Source: Acidimicrobiia bacterium
GTDB taxonomy: Bacteria; Actinomycetota; Acidimicrobiia; Spongiisociales; SHLN01
NCBI GenBank assembly: GCA_051011455.1
Contig: JBPCTX010000288.1
Coordinates: forward strand, 1 to 35,338
DNA: 35,338 nt
Direction: 5' to 3'
Of this stretch, positions 9,390-18,750 are shown piece after piece. A program made the position numbers and the translations under genes. Under the pieces are notes generated by a model. It was not told where the DNA came from and ran no database searches. It saw only the letters and a program-made list of their open reading frames with translations. Numbering within the stretch: the stretch's first letter is position 1; the number at the start of each line of letters is the position of its first letter.

Positions 9390-10592
9390 TTAACCCACCA
9401 GCCGGGCCCCTGCCTTCCAGACTTGCTCGATTCCGTCGGGAAGCGACTCGAAGTCGAGCGGGTCCGAATTGGTGATGACGAAGTCGGCAAGTTTGCCGGG
9501 TTCCAGCGATCCAAGGTCCGAGTCCAGGCCCATTAGCCGGGCCGCGTTGATCGTGGCCGATGCCAGGGCCTCCTCCGGCGTCTGGCCGCCGGCCACCATC
9601 AGCGGGAGCTCTCCCAGATTCTCGCCGTGAGGAGTGACGGCGCTATCGGTTCCCATTGCGACGTTCACTCCGGCCTCGACGGCCCGCCGGAACGACTGGC
9701 GATGGATCTCGATGACTTCGCCGGCCTTGCGGAGGGAGGCGTCGGAAATCTGGGCCCCGGCCTCGACTGCCTTCTCAACACCCGTGGGAGCCAGCAACGT
9801 CGGGACCAGGTAGGTCCCGTGCTCCAGCATCAGCTCGATGGCCTCGTCGTCCAGGTAGATGCCGTGCTCGATGGAGCGGATGCCGGCCCTGACGGCGTTC
9901 TTGATGCCGTCGGCGGCCTGGGCGTGGGCCATGACCCAGATCCCGGCTTCGGCGGCCTCGGTGACCAGCACTTCCAGCTCGTCGGGACGGAAGTGGGCGT
10001 GAGTGGGCTCGTCGCGGGGTGAGAGCACTCCTCCCGAGGTGGCAACCTTCAGCACGTCCGCACCGGCCCGGATCAACTCTCGTGCCTTCTTTCGCACCTC
10101 GTCCGGCCCATCGGCAATACCGTTCGGGCGGCCGGGATACTGGGTGGCGAGTTGGACCGGAATCCCGGAGGGGTTCCACCCGTCGCCGTGGCCACCGGTC
10201 TGGCTGATCATGGCCAGCGAGATCTGCATGCGCGGCCCGGCCACCAGGCCATCCTCGACCGCCTCCTTCATTCCAAGGTCGGCGCCGCCCGCATCGCGGA
10301 CGGTGGTGATGCCGGCTTCGAGAGTTCGCTGCATGTTCCCGATTGCCAGGTAGAAGTTGTAGGACAGCGGCGTGTGGATGTGCCTCCAGAGATTGATGTG
10401 GGTGTAGGCAAGGTGGACGTGGCAGTCAATGAGCCCTGGCAGTAGAAACTTGCCGGAGCAGTCGATCGTCTCGTCACCGTCCAGGCCGCTGCCAACCTCG
10501 AGAACTCGTTCGCCCTCAAACGTCAGGTCGGCGTTGACCTGTCCGAGAACCGGGTCGACGATCGTGCCACCGCGCAGTACATATCGGGTCAT
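9390..10592 (-). CDS. Metal-dependent amidohydrolase (imidazolonepropionase/Xaa-Pro dipeptidase-like superfamily)
   Basis: 'MTRYVLRGGTIVDP...LPGLIDCHVHL' carries the HxH metal motif, followed by conserved His/Asp segments. The ATG at 10592 is preceded by SD AGGAGG. The track ORF (to 11051) extends through the divergent SDR gene and is rejected. Confidence 0.9.
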   Translation of the reverse strand: MTRYVLRGGTIVDPVLGQVNADLTFEGERVLEVGSGLDGDETIDCSGKFLLPGLIDCHVHLAYTHINLWRHIHTPLSYNFYLAIGNMQRTLEAGITTVRDAGGADLGMKEAVEDGLVAGPRMQISLAMISQTGGHGDGWNPSGIPVQLATQYPGRPNGIADGPDEVRKKARELIRAGADVLKVATSGGVLSPRDEPTHAHFRPDELEVLVTEAAEAGIWVMAHAQAADGIKNAVRAGIRSIEHGIYLDDEAIELMLEHGTYLVPTLLAPTGVEKAVEAGAQISDASLRKAGEVIEIHRQSFRRAVEAGVNVAMGTDSAVTPHGENLGELPLMVAGGQTPEEALASATINAARLMGLDSDLGSLEPGKLADFVITNSDPLDFESLPDGIEQVWKAGARLVG

Positions 10593-10706
10593 GGTGCCTC
10601 CTGAGCCAAACCCTATCGCTCGAGATGAGGTGGTCCGAGTGGCCAGCGGAGACCGATCCGTTAGTACTGTCTGCACGAGGGATCGCTGGGATTGGACGGA
10701 GGAGAT

Positions 10707-11492
10707 ATGAAGCTGGAAGGGAAGACTGCCTTCATCACGGGGGGCGGTTCCGGGATTGGGGCAGAGACCGCTCGACTCTTCGTCCGGGAGGGGGCGGCGG
10801 TCGCGATCGTCGACCGCACGGCCGAGGCGGCCGACCGGCTGGCCGAGGAACTCACCGACGACGGCGGATTCGCCAAGAGCTTCGCGATTGACGTGACGGA
10901 CGAAGCCGCCGTCACCGACGCACTGGCCGACACTGCAGAGACGTTCGGATCCCTCGATGTCGTCGTCAACAGCGCGATTCGGATGGCACCTGGAAAGCTG
11001 ATCGACCTCACGACTGAAGACTGGAAGAGCCTGATCGAGGTCGGCTTGCACGCCACCTTCGTGGTGGGACGGGAAGCGGCCCGGTTGATGATCCGACAGG
11101 GGACTGGTGGTTCAATCATCAATCTTTCGTCCAACGCCGGGCTGGCTCCCTATCCCGGAGCCGGGGCTTACTCGACCGCTAAGGCGGGCGTGATAATGCT
11201 CAGTAAGCAGCAGGCGATCGAGTGGGCCGAGCACGGCATCCGCTCCAACGCGATCTGCCCCGGTCATGTCGAGACCCCGCTCACCGCCTACCTGCAGGAT
11301 CCGGAAATCAGGGCCGGTCGGGAGGCCGTCACCCCCCTGGGGCGGATCGGGCAACCTGAGGACGTCGCCGCAGCCGCTCTCTACCTGGCCTCAGATGACT
11401 CCGGGTGGGTTACGGCCGAGGCACTGGTGGTAGACGGCGGAATTGTCTCCTCGATCTACAACCACATGCCGGGGCGCAAGTGGCGTGACTGA
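10707..11492 (+). CDS. SDR-family oxidoreductase
   Basis: 'GKTAFITGGGSGIGAETA' (TGxxxGxG Rossmann motif), 'NSAI', 'YSTAKAG' (YxxxK catalytic motif). The ATG at 10707 follows SD GGAGGAG. Confidence 0.9.
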   Translation: MKLEGKTAFITGGGSGIGAETARLFVREGAAVAIVDRTAEAADRLAEELTDDGGFAKSFAIDVTDEAAVTDALADTAETFGSLDVVVNSAIRMAPGKLIDLTTEDWKSLIEVGLHATFVVGREAARLMIRQGTGGSIINLSSNAGLAPYPGAGAYSTAKAGVIMLSKQQAIEWAEHGIRSNAICPGHVETPLTAYLQDPEIRAGREAVTPLGRIGQPEDVAAAALYLASDDSGWVTAEALVVDGGIVSSIYNHMPGRKWRD

Positions 11493-12084
11493 TCCTCAAG
11501 TGGATGAGCGCGAGGCCTGGAATCGCCGCTACGCCGAGGGCGACTACACCCCCCGGGCCCACCCGGCACCGTTCCTGGAGGAGTGGGTGGCGCGGCTGCC
11601 ACAGGGTCGGGCCCTCGATGTCGCTTGTGGGACGGGCAGAAACGCGCTTCGGCTGGCCGAAGCGGGCCTGCAAGTCGATGCGGTCGACATTTCTGAGGTG
11701 GCCGTCGGCAGGGCCCGCACCGAGGCCGACCGACGTGGTCTCGAACTCAACTGGCACGTCTCCAATATCGATGAGTTCGAGATCCCCCCGGCTGCCTATC
11801 AGTCCATCACTGTGATCCGTTATCGCAACAGGGCATTGTGGCCCAGGCTGATCGACGGGTTGGCTCCCGACGGATGGGTGCTGGTCGAGCATCACATCAA
11901 ATCGTGGCGGGAGGTATCGGGTCCCCAGAACCCGGAGTTCCGGCTAGATCCACAGGAGCTGCTGGAGGAGTTCGCTGGGCTGCGCGTCGTCTATTACGGC
12001 GAGAGCATCGAGCCGGCCGATGACGGTGGAAGCCACTACGCGCTGGCTCGCATGGTGGCCTGCAACGGTGATCCCGGGTTCTAG
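11485..12084 (+). CDS. Class I SAM-dependent methyltransferase
   Basis: 'ALDVACGTGRNALRLAEAGLQVDAVDIS' (motif I plus the acidic post-I residue). The proposed GTG start at 11485 overlaps the SDR stop, suggesting translational coupling. The exact start is uncertain (track gives 11443). Confidence 0.8.
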   Translation: MTDPQVDEREAWNRRYAEGDYTPRAHPAPFLEEWVARLPQGRALDVACGTGRNALRLAEAGLQVDAVDISEVAVGRARTEADRRGLELNWHVSNIDEFEIPPAAYQSITVIRYRNRALWPRLIDGLAPDGWVLVEHHIKSWREVSGPQNPEFRLDPQELLEEFAGLRVVYYGESIEPADDGGSHYALARMVACNGDPGF

Positions 12085-12094
12085 ACCCGATGCC

Positions 12095-13711
12095 CTACCC
12101 GGCGTCGCCGCCGGCCTGCTTGAGCGCTTCTCGCAAGGCCCGGCGGGCGGTCTCGATCTGGTCGGCGTCCAGGCTGGACAAATCGACACCCAGGCTGGCG
12201 GCCAGGCTCTCATCAGCCAGTCCGGTCTCACCTGCGGGCGCCTCCGGGTCCACAATCTCGTAGGTGCGAATCGGGTAGGCCAGGCCTTTCACCCTTAGCT
12301 CACCGACCGGACGGCACTCGATCTCGTCCTTGATCAACTCATAGGTGGTGTGGGAGAGGTGGATCTGGTCCGGCAATGCTGAGCTCTCCAATCGGGAGGC
12401 CGCGTTTACTTCCTTGCCGACGATGGTGTAGTCGAGGCGATCCTCGGAACCGAAATTGCCCACCGTGCAGTATCCGGTATTCATCCCCATCCTCACGTGG
12501 AGCTGGATCGCTCCGCTCACCCGCTGCCACTCGTCCTGCAGCTCCGCAGCCCGCTCGCGCATCGCAATGGCCATGCGGGCACAGGCCAGTGCATCGTCGC
12601 GGGCTCCCCGCGACTCGGGGTCACCGAAGAAGATCATTACTCCGTCCCCGATGAACTTGTCGACGGTTCCGCCGTGTTCAAGGGCGATGTTCGCCATTTC
12701 GCTCAGATAGCGGTTGAGCAACTCACTGAGCGGCTCCGCCTCCATGCGGTCGGACAGTTCCGTGAAGCCCTGGATGTCGGAGAAGAAGACGGTCAGCTCC
12801 TTGCGGTATGACTCCACACGAACATCGGTACGTCCTTCAAATATCGAGTCATAGACCTGCCGCGACAGGTACTTGGCCAGCTTGCCCGACAGTCCCTGCA
12901 GCATTTCGTTCTTCTCGGCCAGGGCGTGATTAGCCACACGGAGCTCGGCCTCGGCTTCCTTGCGCTGAGTTATGTCGCGAATGATGCCGCTGAAGAAAGT
13001 TTCGCCCTCGTTGGTCCACATGGCCAGTGACAGCTCCATCGGGAACTCAACTCCGTCCCGGGTGAGACCGGTCAGTTCGGCCGTGTGGCCGATGACATGC
13101 GTCTCTCCGGTTTCGACGACCCGGTGGATCCCAGCGTGGTGCTGGTCGCGGAACCGCTCGGGGATGATGGCCGTGAGCGGACGGCCGGCCATTTCCTCCA
13201 GGGTGTAGCCGAATAGCTCGGCGGCGTGGGCATTCCACAGCAAGACCCGGCCCTCGGAGTCGATGGTGATTATGGCATCGTTGGCCGACTCGAGGATGGC
13301 GCCGAGCCGGGCCTCGGAGTCGCTGAGAGCCGTGACTAGCCCGGCCCGCTCGGAGACGTCGCGGATGATGCCGCTGAAGAACCGATCCCCATCGGTCACC
13401 CAGGTAGCCAGTGCCAGCTCGATCGGGATCTCGGTTCCATCCTTCCTGAGCCCGGCAACCTCCACCGTCTGGCCGATGATGTGGGTCTCACCGGTCCCGA
13501 CCACCCGGGCCAGCCCTTCGTGGTGCTGGGTGTGGAACCGCTCGGGAATGATGATGGTGAGCAACTCACCAACCGCTTCCTGCTCCGAATGACCGAAGAT
13601 CGCCTCGGCAGCCGGGTTCCACGTGATGATTCTGCCGTCAGAGTCGGCCGTGATGATGGCATCGTTGGCAGATCGAATGATTGCCAGGAGTGTCTCGGTC
13701 TGGTCGATCAC
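12095..13711 (-). CDS. PAS-PAS-class III adenylate/guanylate cyclase
   Basis: Two near-duplicate PAS modules ('SANDAIIT.DS.GR...WN.AAE..FG'), a coiled linker, then cyclase motifs 'VFFSDIQGFT', 'KFIGDGVMIFFG', 'VRMGMNTG', 'DYTIVGKEVNAASRLES'. The Lys/Thr pair is class IIIb-like. GTG start. Confidence 0.9.
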   Translation of the reverse strand: MIDQTETLLAIIRSANDAIITADSDGRIITWNPAAEAIFGHSEQEAVGELLTIIIPERFHTQHHEGLARVVGTGETHIIGQTVEVAGLRKDGTEIPIELALATWVTDGDRFFSGIIRDVSERAGLVTALSDSEARLGAILESANDAIITIDSEGRVLLWNAHAAELFGYTLEEMAGRPLTAIIPERFRDQHHAGIHRVVETGETHVIGHTAELTGLTRDGVEFPMELSLAMWTNEGETFFSGIIRDITQRKEAEAELRVANHALAEKNEMLQGLSGKLAKYLSRQVYDSIFEGRTDVRVESYRKELTVFFSDIQGFTELSDRMEAEPLSELLNRYLSEMANIALEHGGTVDKFIGDGVMIFFGDPESRGARDDALACARMAIAMRERAAELQDEWQRVSGAIQLHVRMGMNTGYCTVGNFGSEDRLDYTIVGKEVNAASRLESSALPDQIHLSHTTYELIKDEIECRPVGELRVKGLAYPIRTYEIVDPEAPAGETGLADESLAASLGVDLSSLDADQIETARRALREALKQAGGDAG

Positions 13712-13744
13712 GGCCTGGATCGTACCAAGCGCATTCCTGGAAGG

Positions 13745-14713
13745 TCAGCGGGCGATGGTGAACTCGTCGAACACTGCGAACTCGTGATCGATGGCTCGCA
13801 GCACGAGCCGATCTTCGAATATGTTGAGGTCGACGAAATTCATCGTGGAGGTCGAGTAGTCGGTATAGCTGCGATTGCCGGTTCGACGGGTCCCCGCTCC
13901 ACCTCCACTCACCAGATAGGTGACGCCGTTGATGTCGACTGTGCGCTGATAGTCGTGATCGTGACCCGACAAGACCAGCTGGACGCCGTGCCGCTCGAAG
14001 ACAGGTGAGAACACCTCACGGACGTCCTGGTCCGGGCCCTGGTAGCCGGCTGAGTAGGGAGAGTGGTGTACCGCCACGATCTTCCAGGGTGCTCCCGACT
14101 CTGCGAGGGTTGTCTCCAGCCAGGCCAGCTGGTCCGGGTTGTCTACCTGGTTGCTGTCAAGGCCGACCAGGAGCACGTCGCCGATCCGGTCCGCCCACCA
14201 CAAGCCCGGCATGCCCAGGGCCTCCAGCTGCGCGCGGCCGCCGTCCTCGGCGAGGGCGTCGTGATTGCCGGCAATCGCATAGAGGTCGGCACCGGTGTCG
14301 AGCACTGCGCTGAATGGCTGGAACACGTACTCATCAAGGCGGGACGGGTCGCCGTAGGGGTACACATTGTCCCCCAGGAGGACCAGTGCGTCGAAAGGGT
14401 CGGACCGGCCTGCCACGTACATCGTGGAGGCCAGCCGCCACTCGAGGTCTCCGCCGTCTCCGACATCTCCCGCGACGGCCAGGCGGAGGTCGGGGAGTGA
14501 GCCGGCCGCGAACGGCACAAATTCGGCCTTGTCTTCAGGAGGGCCGATGGTGTGGGTGAGCCACGACCAGATCTGTCTCTGGTAGGCAATCCCGGTCACG
14601 AACAAAGCGGCGAGAATCAGAATCAGAATCGCCCGCCTGCGCCTGTGGGTAGGCCGGGAACGGAAGGGAGTCCGGGGCGGAGGCGGAACCGGGGGAGCGG
14701 TGATTGTGTCCAC
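13745..14713 (-). CDS. Membrane-anchored calcineurin-like metallophosphoesterase (purple-acid-phosphatase-like motifs)
   Basis: Arg-rich N-terminus plus one TM helix. Motifs 'GDVGDGGD', 'LGDNVYPYG', 'GNHD', 'VAVHHSPYS', 'SGHDHDYQR'. GTG start. Confidence 0.85.
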   Translation of the reverse strand: MDTITAPPVPPPPRTPFRSRPTHRRRRAILILILAALFVTGIAYQRQIWSWLTHTIGPPEDKAEFVPFAAGSLPDLRLAVAGDVGDGGDLEWRLASTMYVAGRSDPFDALVLLGDNVYPYGDPSRLDEYVFQPFSAVLDTGADLYAIAGNHDALAEDGGRAQLEALGMPGLWWADRIGDVLLVGLDSNQVDNPDQLAWLETTLAESGAPWKIVAVHHSPYSAGYQGPDQDVREVFSPVFERHGVQLVLSGHDHDYQRTVDINGVTYLVSGGGAGTRRTGNRSYTDYSTSTMNFVDLNIFEDRLVLRAIDHEFAVFDEFTIAR

Positions 14714-14802
14714 GTATCAGGCGATCGTTTCCTACTGAAGAGTCTACGACCTGACCGGGCAACGGGTACTCGCCGCCCCACACGCCAAGCCGCTGGACGA
14801 GG

Positions 14803-16482
14803 TTACGAGTGGTCGACCAGGGAGTGAGTCCGGGCCTCTCGATGCCGGGCCCGGTCCAGGAACCCGCTCTGGGGGGAGTCCTGGACTGCGGCCAGGAAGG
14901 CGGTTCCATCTACCTGCAACAGCCGGCAATCGGAGAGTGCGGTACAGGTGGCGTTGCGAGGGGCTCCCTCCAGAAGTCCAATCTCGCCGAAATAGTCGCC
15001 GGGGCCCAGTTCGGCGACTTCGATTGGGGCGTCAGAATCACCCCGGGCCGACACCGCCACGGTTCCTTCGACGATCACGTACATGGCGTCGGCGGTGTCG
15101 CCCTCAGTGATGATGGCGATGCCGGTGGCCGAGTTCAGTTGCTTGGCAGCCGAGGCCAGGTGCTCGATGCTCGGGCGGGCCAGGGCGCTGAACAACCGGG
15201 TCGATTCCAGAACCGAGATGCGATGGGCTACTTGACCTAGCCGTTCGGCCGACGTGCGATTGATGGCGGCCAGACGGGTGATGCCGGCGCCGAGTGTGAG
15301 AACCGGTCCGAGGCCGAGGAGAAGCAAGGTCGGCGTCAGCCCGATGACCTCGAGCAAGACTGGAGTAACCAGCGCGCCCAGGGAGATGGCTGCCAGCACC
15401 AGTCCGATGAAGACGCCGAACACCCTCGAAACCAGGTCTGAGGGCAGGGTCCTCTGCATCGCCGTCACTGCAAGCACATCCACCACCAGCGTGCCGGCTC
15501 CCCGTACCACCTGGAGTGCGAAGGCGATGGAAGGATTGTCGACCACCACCATGACGGCAGTCGGGATGGTGTAGGCGGCCATCCCGATCGCAATCACAGT
15601 GCCGAGGTCGGGTCGGGCAGCCAAGCGGTTGATGAAGGGCCCGGCCAATAGCCCGCCGACTCCGAGGGCGGCCAGCAAGTAGCCGAAGCCGGTGGCCCCG
15701 GTGCCAAGCCGCTCCTCGCTCAACACTATGAGCAAGACCGTGTCGGTTCCATAGAAGAAGCTGGCCGCCACGCTGAATCCGGCCAGCGAACGGGCCAGCC
15801 GCGACTCCGCCAGTGCCCTAAACCCAACCGCCATCTGGGCGATCGGACCCTTGCCGCCTCCCTCGGTCACGTCGGTCGGGTGACTCCTGGTGCGGACCCG
15901 GGCGGTAGCCAGAGCGGCGTACAAGAACGTGACTGCGTTGACCAGTAGTGCCACCGGGGGTGAAAACCACACCAGCAGGCCGGCCCCGATCGCCGGTCCA
16001 ACGATCACCGCACCGTTGTCGATCATGCCGTTGAGGGAGTTGGCCGCCGCCAGGTCCTTCTCGCCAACGATCTGTGGAGTCAGAGCGACGACGGCGGGCT
16101 CATAGACAGTTCCCTGAATGGTCCCGAGGGAGGCCATGGCCAGGGCCAGGACGACCGGACCATCGACGGCCACGATCGTGGCCAGCACGACGTGAGTCAG
16201 CGTTGACGTGAGGTTGAGGACGACGACGAGATTGCGTCGCTCGAACCGTTCGGCCAGCACGCCTCCATAGGCGCTGAAGAGAAGAGCGGGAAGGAAGCGG
16301 GCCAGGCTGGCGCCCGCCACCCAGGCGGCGGAGTGGGTGGTCTCGAAGACCCAGACGATAAGGGCAACGTTGTAGGCCCAGCTCCCGATGTTGGAGACGA
16401 CGAAGGCCGACGCCAACCACCGGTAGTCACGGTGAGCCAGGGCACTCCGGAAAGTCGCTCTGTCGTCTGCCATTGATCTCAT
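14803..16482 (-). CDS. MFS transporter fused to a C-terminal cyclic-nucleotide-binding (CAP_ED) domain
   Basis: About 12 hydrophobic helices in the N-terminal roughly 400 aa. The C-terminus carries 'GDYFGEIGLLEGAPRNATCTALSDCRLLQVDGTAF', the FGE...R(T/N)A phosphate-binding-cassette signature. Confidence 0.85.
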   Translation of the reverse strand: MRSMADDRATFRSALAHRDYRWLASAFVVSNIGSWAYNVALIVWVFETTHSAAWVAGASLARFLPALLFSAYGGVLAERFERRNLVVVLNLTSTLTHVVLATIVAVDGPVVLALAMASLGTIQGTVYEPAVVALTPQIVGEKDLAAANSLNGMIDNGAVIVGPAIGAGLLVWFSPPVALLVNAVTFLYAALATARVRTRSHPTDVTEGGGKGPIAQMAVGFRALAESRLARSLAGFSVAASFFYGTDTVLLIVLSEERLGTGATGFGYLLAALGVGGLLAGPFINRLAARPDLGTVIAIGMAAYTIPTAVMVVVDNPSIAFALQVVRGAGTLVVDVLAVTAMQRTLPSDLVSRVFGVFIGLVLAAISLGALVTPVLLEVIGLTPTLLLLGLGPVLTLGAGITRLAAINRTSAERLGQVAHRISVLESTRLFSALARPSIEHLASAAKQLNSATGIAIITEGDTADAMYVIVEGTVAVSARGDSDAPIEVAELGPGDYFGEIGLLEGAPRNATCTALSDCRLLQVDGTAFLAAVQDSPQSGFLDRARHREARTHSLVDHS

Positions 16483-16562
16483 CGCTCGACGGTGGGATGA
16501 GGCTAGAGGTCAGGGGGAGATCCTGCGCACCCGGCCCGCCGGTTGCCGGTGCTACTGGTGAC

Positions 16563-17378
16563 TCAACCCTGTGGGCCGAAGACTCGGATTTCGACGGCGC
16601 CGGTGTTGCCTCCGGTCGAGGTGTCGATGTCGAACCGCAGCAGTCGGCCGGTGATGTCGACACTGGTCATCCGGGACTGGGCCGGGGTACCGGCCGGGAA
16701 GGGGCCAAGCGCATCGCCTCCGTCGATGGTCACCGTGTATTCGGTGGTTACGGCGGTTCCGTCAGCCATCGATCGGGTAATGAAGTCGAATCCGCCCAGT
16801 AAGACATCGCTGCCCAGGTCGATGACGATGAATGCGGCGTCACCATCCCCACGGGTGGACCACTCGGTGGCCTGGTCGCCGTCGATGGCGCGGTCGGCCG
16901 AGAAGGCGTCGCTGAACTCGGAGCTGTAGTCGACCACCGTGGCCGCCAGCGCCAGGTTGGCGCCGGGGTCGAAGACCGGGTCATCGGTGGCGGCAGGCCT
17001 GTCCGCCGGGAGCGTGAACGTGGCCATATCGCTCTGGAACAAGCGGCCGTCGGCGGTGGTGCCCTGGACCGTGAAGTAGTAGGTCTCGCCGGCGGTGGCC
17101 CCGGGGAGGATGACATCGTGCTGGATGATTCCGGTGCCGTCCATGCTGAGCGAGTTGTTCTGGTTGCCGAGGGCCTCGGTTTCGCCCCAGGTGATGGAGC
17201 AGATGCTGGGCTCGGTGGTGGTTACCCGGAAGATGGCCCGGTTCGGGTCGAAGGGATCTGGCTCGAACGAGAATTCGCTCGCCTGGATCTCCGAGAAAGG
17301 CAGCACCTCGGAATCTGCTCCCGAGCTGCAAGCCGCAGCCAGAATTGCCAGCACGGCGATAGTCAGAGCGGTCCGCAT
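16563..17378 (-). CDS. Lipoprotein with Fn3-like domain and F5/8 type C (discoidin/CBM32-like) domain
   Basis: Lipobox 'LAILAAAC' follows the ATG at 17378. 'ITWGETE...HDVILPGATAGETYYFTV' is Fn3-like. 'AIDGDQATEWSTRG...FIVIDLG...GAVEIRVFG' fits the discoidin pattern. The track start at 17471 overlaps the divergent VOC gene. Confidence 0.7.
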   Translation of the reverse strand: MRTALTIAVLAILAAACSSGADSEVLPFSEIQASEFSFEPDPFDPNRAIFRVTTTEPSICSITWGETEALGNQNNSLSMDGTGIIQHDVILPGATAGETYYFTVQGTTADGRLFQSDMATFTLPADRPAATDDPVFDPGANLALAATVVDYSSEFSDAFSADRAIDGDQATEWSTRGDGDAAFIVIDLGSDVLLGGFDFITRSMADGTAVTTEYTVTIDGGDALGPFPAGTPAQSRMTSVDITGRLLRFDIDTSTGGNTGAVEIRVFGPQG

Positions 17379-17458
17379 GGGACGGTTATACCTTCCCGGC
17401 CGCAGTACCGGGAATGCGCCTGGCTCGGTAGGTAGGTTCGTTACGGAAAGGAGCACAC

Positions 17459-17827
17459 ATGTCACGTCCAATCCATTTCGAGCTGCCGGTGGAGGACCAG
17501 GCGAGGGCCGCAGCCTTCTACCAGTCCGCCTTCGGTTGGGAGATCCAGCAGTGGGAGGGTGCGCCCTATTGGCTGGCGACCACCGGTCCCGATTCGGAGC
17601 CCGGCATCAACGGCGCCCTAGGCGCAAAAGGGGATAGCTTCACGGTCCCCATGTTCGTGATCGGAGTGGAGGACCTGGAGGCGGCGATGGCTGCGGTCGA
17701 GGCGGCCGGGGCTTCCATCCTGGTCGGAAAGAGCCCGATCCCGGGTGTCGGCTATTCCGCCTACTTCATCGATCCCGAGGGAAACCAGGTGGGCCTCTTC
17801 GAATCCGACGAGTCGGCGACCGGGTAG
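17459..17827 (+). CDS. VOC (glyoxalase/bleomycin-resistance) family protein
   Basis: 'IHFELPVED...AFYQSAFGWEI' and 'GYSAYFIDPEGNQVGLFE'. SD AAAGGAG lies upstream of the ATG. Confidence 0.85.
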   Translation: MSRPIHFELPVEDQARAAAFYQSAFGWEIQQWEGAPYWLATTGPDSEPGINGALGAKGDSFTVPMFVIGVEDLEAAMAAVEAAGASILVGKSPIPGVGYSAYFIDPEGNQVGLFESDESATG

Positions 17828-17833
17828 CCCGAC

Positions 17834-18256
17834 TCAGACCCGCGGCAGCGGGCAGTAAACGAGCAACTCGACTCCCAGCGGGTCGGAGACGGAGCAATAC
17901 CGCACCGGCTCACCCATCAGTGTGTTGAAGGGCTCCGGGCCGGTTCCGCCGGCCGCGATGAAGGCCGCCTGCAGGCGATCGGCTTCGGCCGGTGTGGCAG
18001 TGATGAACGGGACTTCGACGTTGACCGGGTTGCCGTTCCGGCCCCGGAGCAGCGTGAGCCAGGTGTTTCCCACCTGCCACGACTTAGTGCTGTCCCCTTC
18101 AACGTAGATGGGTGGCCCGAGGACCTCGCTGTAATACCCGACCGCCTGCTCGTAGTCCTCGTAGAAGAGGGCCAGGCCGCGAACGCCGGCGAACTCGAAG
18201 CGCGGCGGAGGAGGAGGATCCACGATGTATTTGCTGCGGTATTCGTCGTAGTCCAT
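17834..18256 (-). CDS. VOC-like small protein (weak assignment)
   Basis: 'GLALFYEDYEQAVGYYSEVLG' and 'YCSVSDPLGVELLVY' look glyoxalase-fold-like. The ATG at 18256 is preferred over the TTG at 18289. Confidence 0.55.
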   Translation of the reverse strand: MDYDEYRSKYIVDPPPPPRFEFAGVRGLALFYEDYEQAVGYYSEVLGPPIYVEGDSTKSWQVGNTWLTLLRGRNGNPVNVEVPFITATPAEADRLQAAFIAAGGTGPEPFNTLMGEPVRYCSVSDPLGVELLVYCPLPRV

Positions 18257-18354
18257 GAGCCAGCCCCGACCTCGAATTGCGGTCCCCAAACTACGTCACC
18301 GGACCGATTGTTGGCGGCATCATTCCCGGGCGGACGCCTGGTTAACCTGACGCG

Positions 18355-18747
18355 ATGCCACGAAGAGTTCTCATCGCCAAGCCGGGTCTTGACGGGCACG
18401 ACCGGGGCGCCAAAGTCATCGCCCGGGCACTGCGGGACGGGGGAGTGGAGGTCATCTACTCGGGACTCCACCAGACGCCCGAGCAAATCGTCGAGACGGC
18501 CATCCAGGAGGACGTCGGAGGCGTGGGTCTCTCAGTCCTGTCAGGAGCTCACATGACCTTGTTTCCCAAGGTGGTCGAGGGCCTGCGGGCGAAGGGCGCT
18601 GACGACATCACCGTTTTTGGCGGCGGAATCATTCCCGAGGAGGACATTGCGCCTCTTCAGGCAGCCGGTCTGGCCGCTATCTTCACTCCGGGCGCTCCGC
18701 TGTCGGCGATCGTGGAGTGGGTCAACGAACACATCGCAGAAAGCTGA
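18355..18747 (+). CDS. Stand-alone cobalamin-binding subunit of an acyl-CoA (methylmalonyl-/isobutyryl-CoA) mutase
   Basis: '[32 protein letters not shown]' contains the DxHxxG B12-binding motif. The protein is 130 aa, the size of a small subunit. Confidence 0.9.
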   Translation: MPRRVLIAKPGLDGHDRGAKVIARALRDGGVEVIYSGLHQTPEQIVETAIQEDVGGVGLSVLSGAHMTLFPKVVEGLRAKGADDITVFGGGIIPEEDIAPLQAAGLAAIFTPGAPLSAIVEWVNEHIAES

Positions 18748-18750
18748 GCA

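Noticed and set aside
10593-11051. N-terminal 153-aa extension of the amidohydrolase ORF (track 9390-11051)
   Set aside because: The extension is Arg/Gly/Asp-rich with no homology pattern, and it lies antisense to the well-supported SDR gene. A strong SD (AGGAGG) and the conserved 'MTRYVLRGG' N-terminus define the real start at 10592.
13745-14713. Calling the metallophosphoesterase a cAMP phosphodiesterase (eraser of the island)
   Set aside because: The motifs (GDNVY, GHDHDYQ) look purple-acid-phosphatase-like rather than CpdA/Rv0805-like. The Arg-rich N-terminus plus a single TM helix suggests the catalytic domain is extracytoplasmic. I kept it only as a possibility within the operon finding.
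12095-16482. Pycsar/CBASS-like antiphage module (cyclase plus a cNMP-binding membrane effector)
   Set aside because: The cyclase is a large PAS-PAS sensor enzyme with adenylate-cyclase-type residues, not a compact PycC-type cyclase. The cNMP-binding protein is a full 12-TM MFS transporter of a type found in mycobacterial core genomes. No other defence hallmarks are nearby. A signalling role is more parsimonious.
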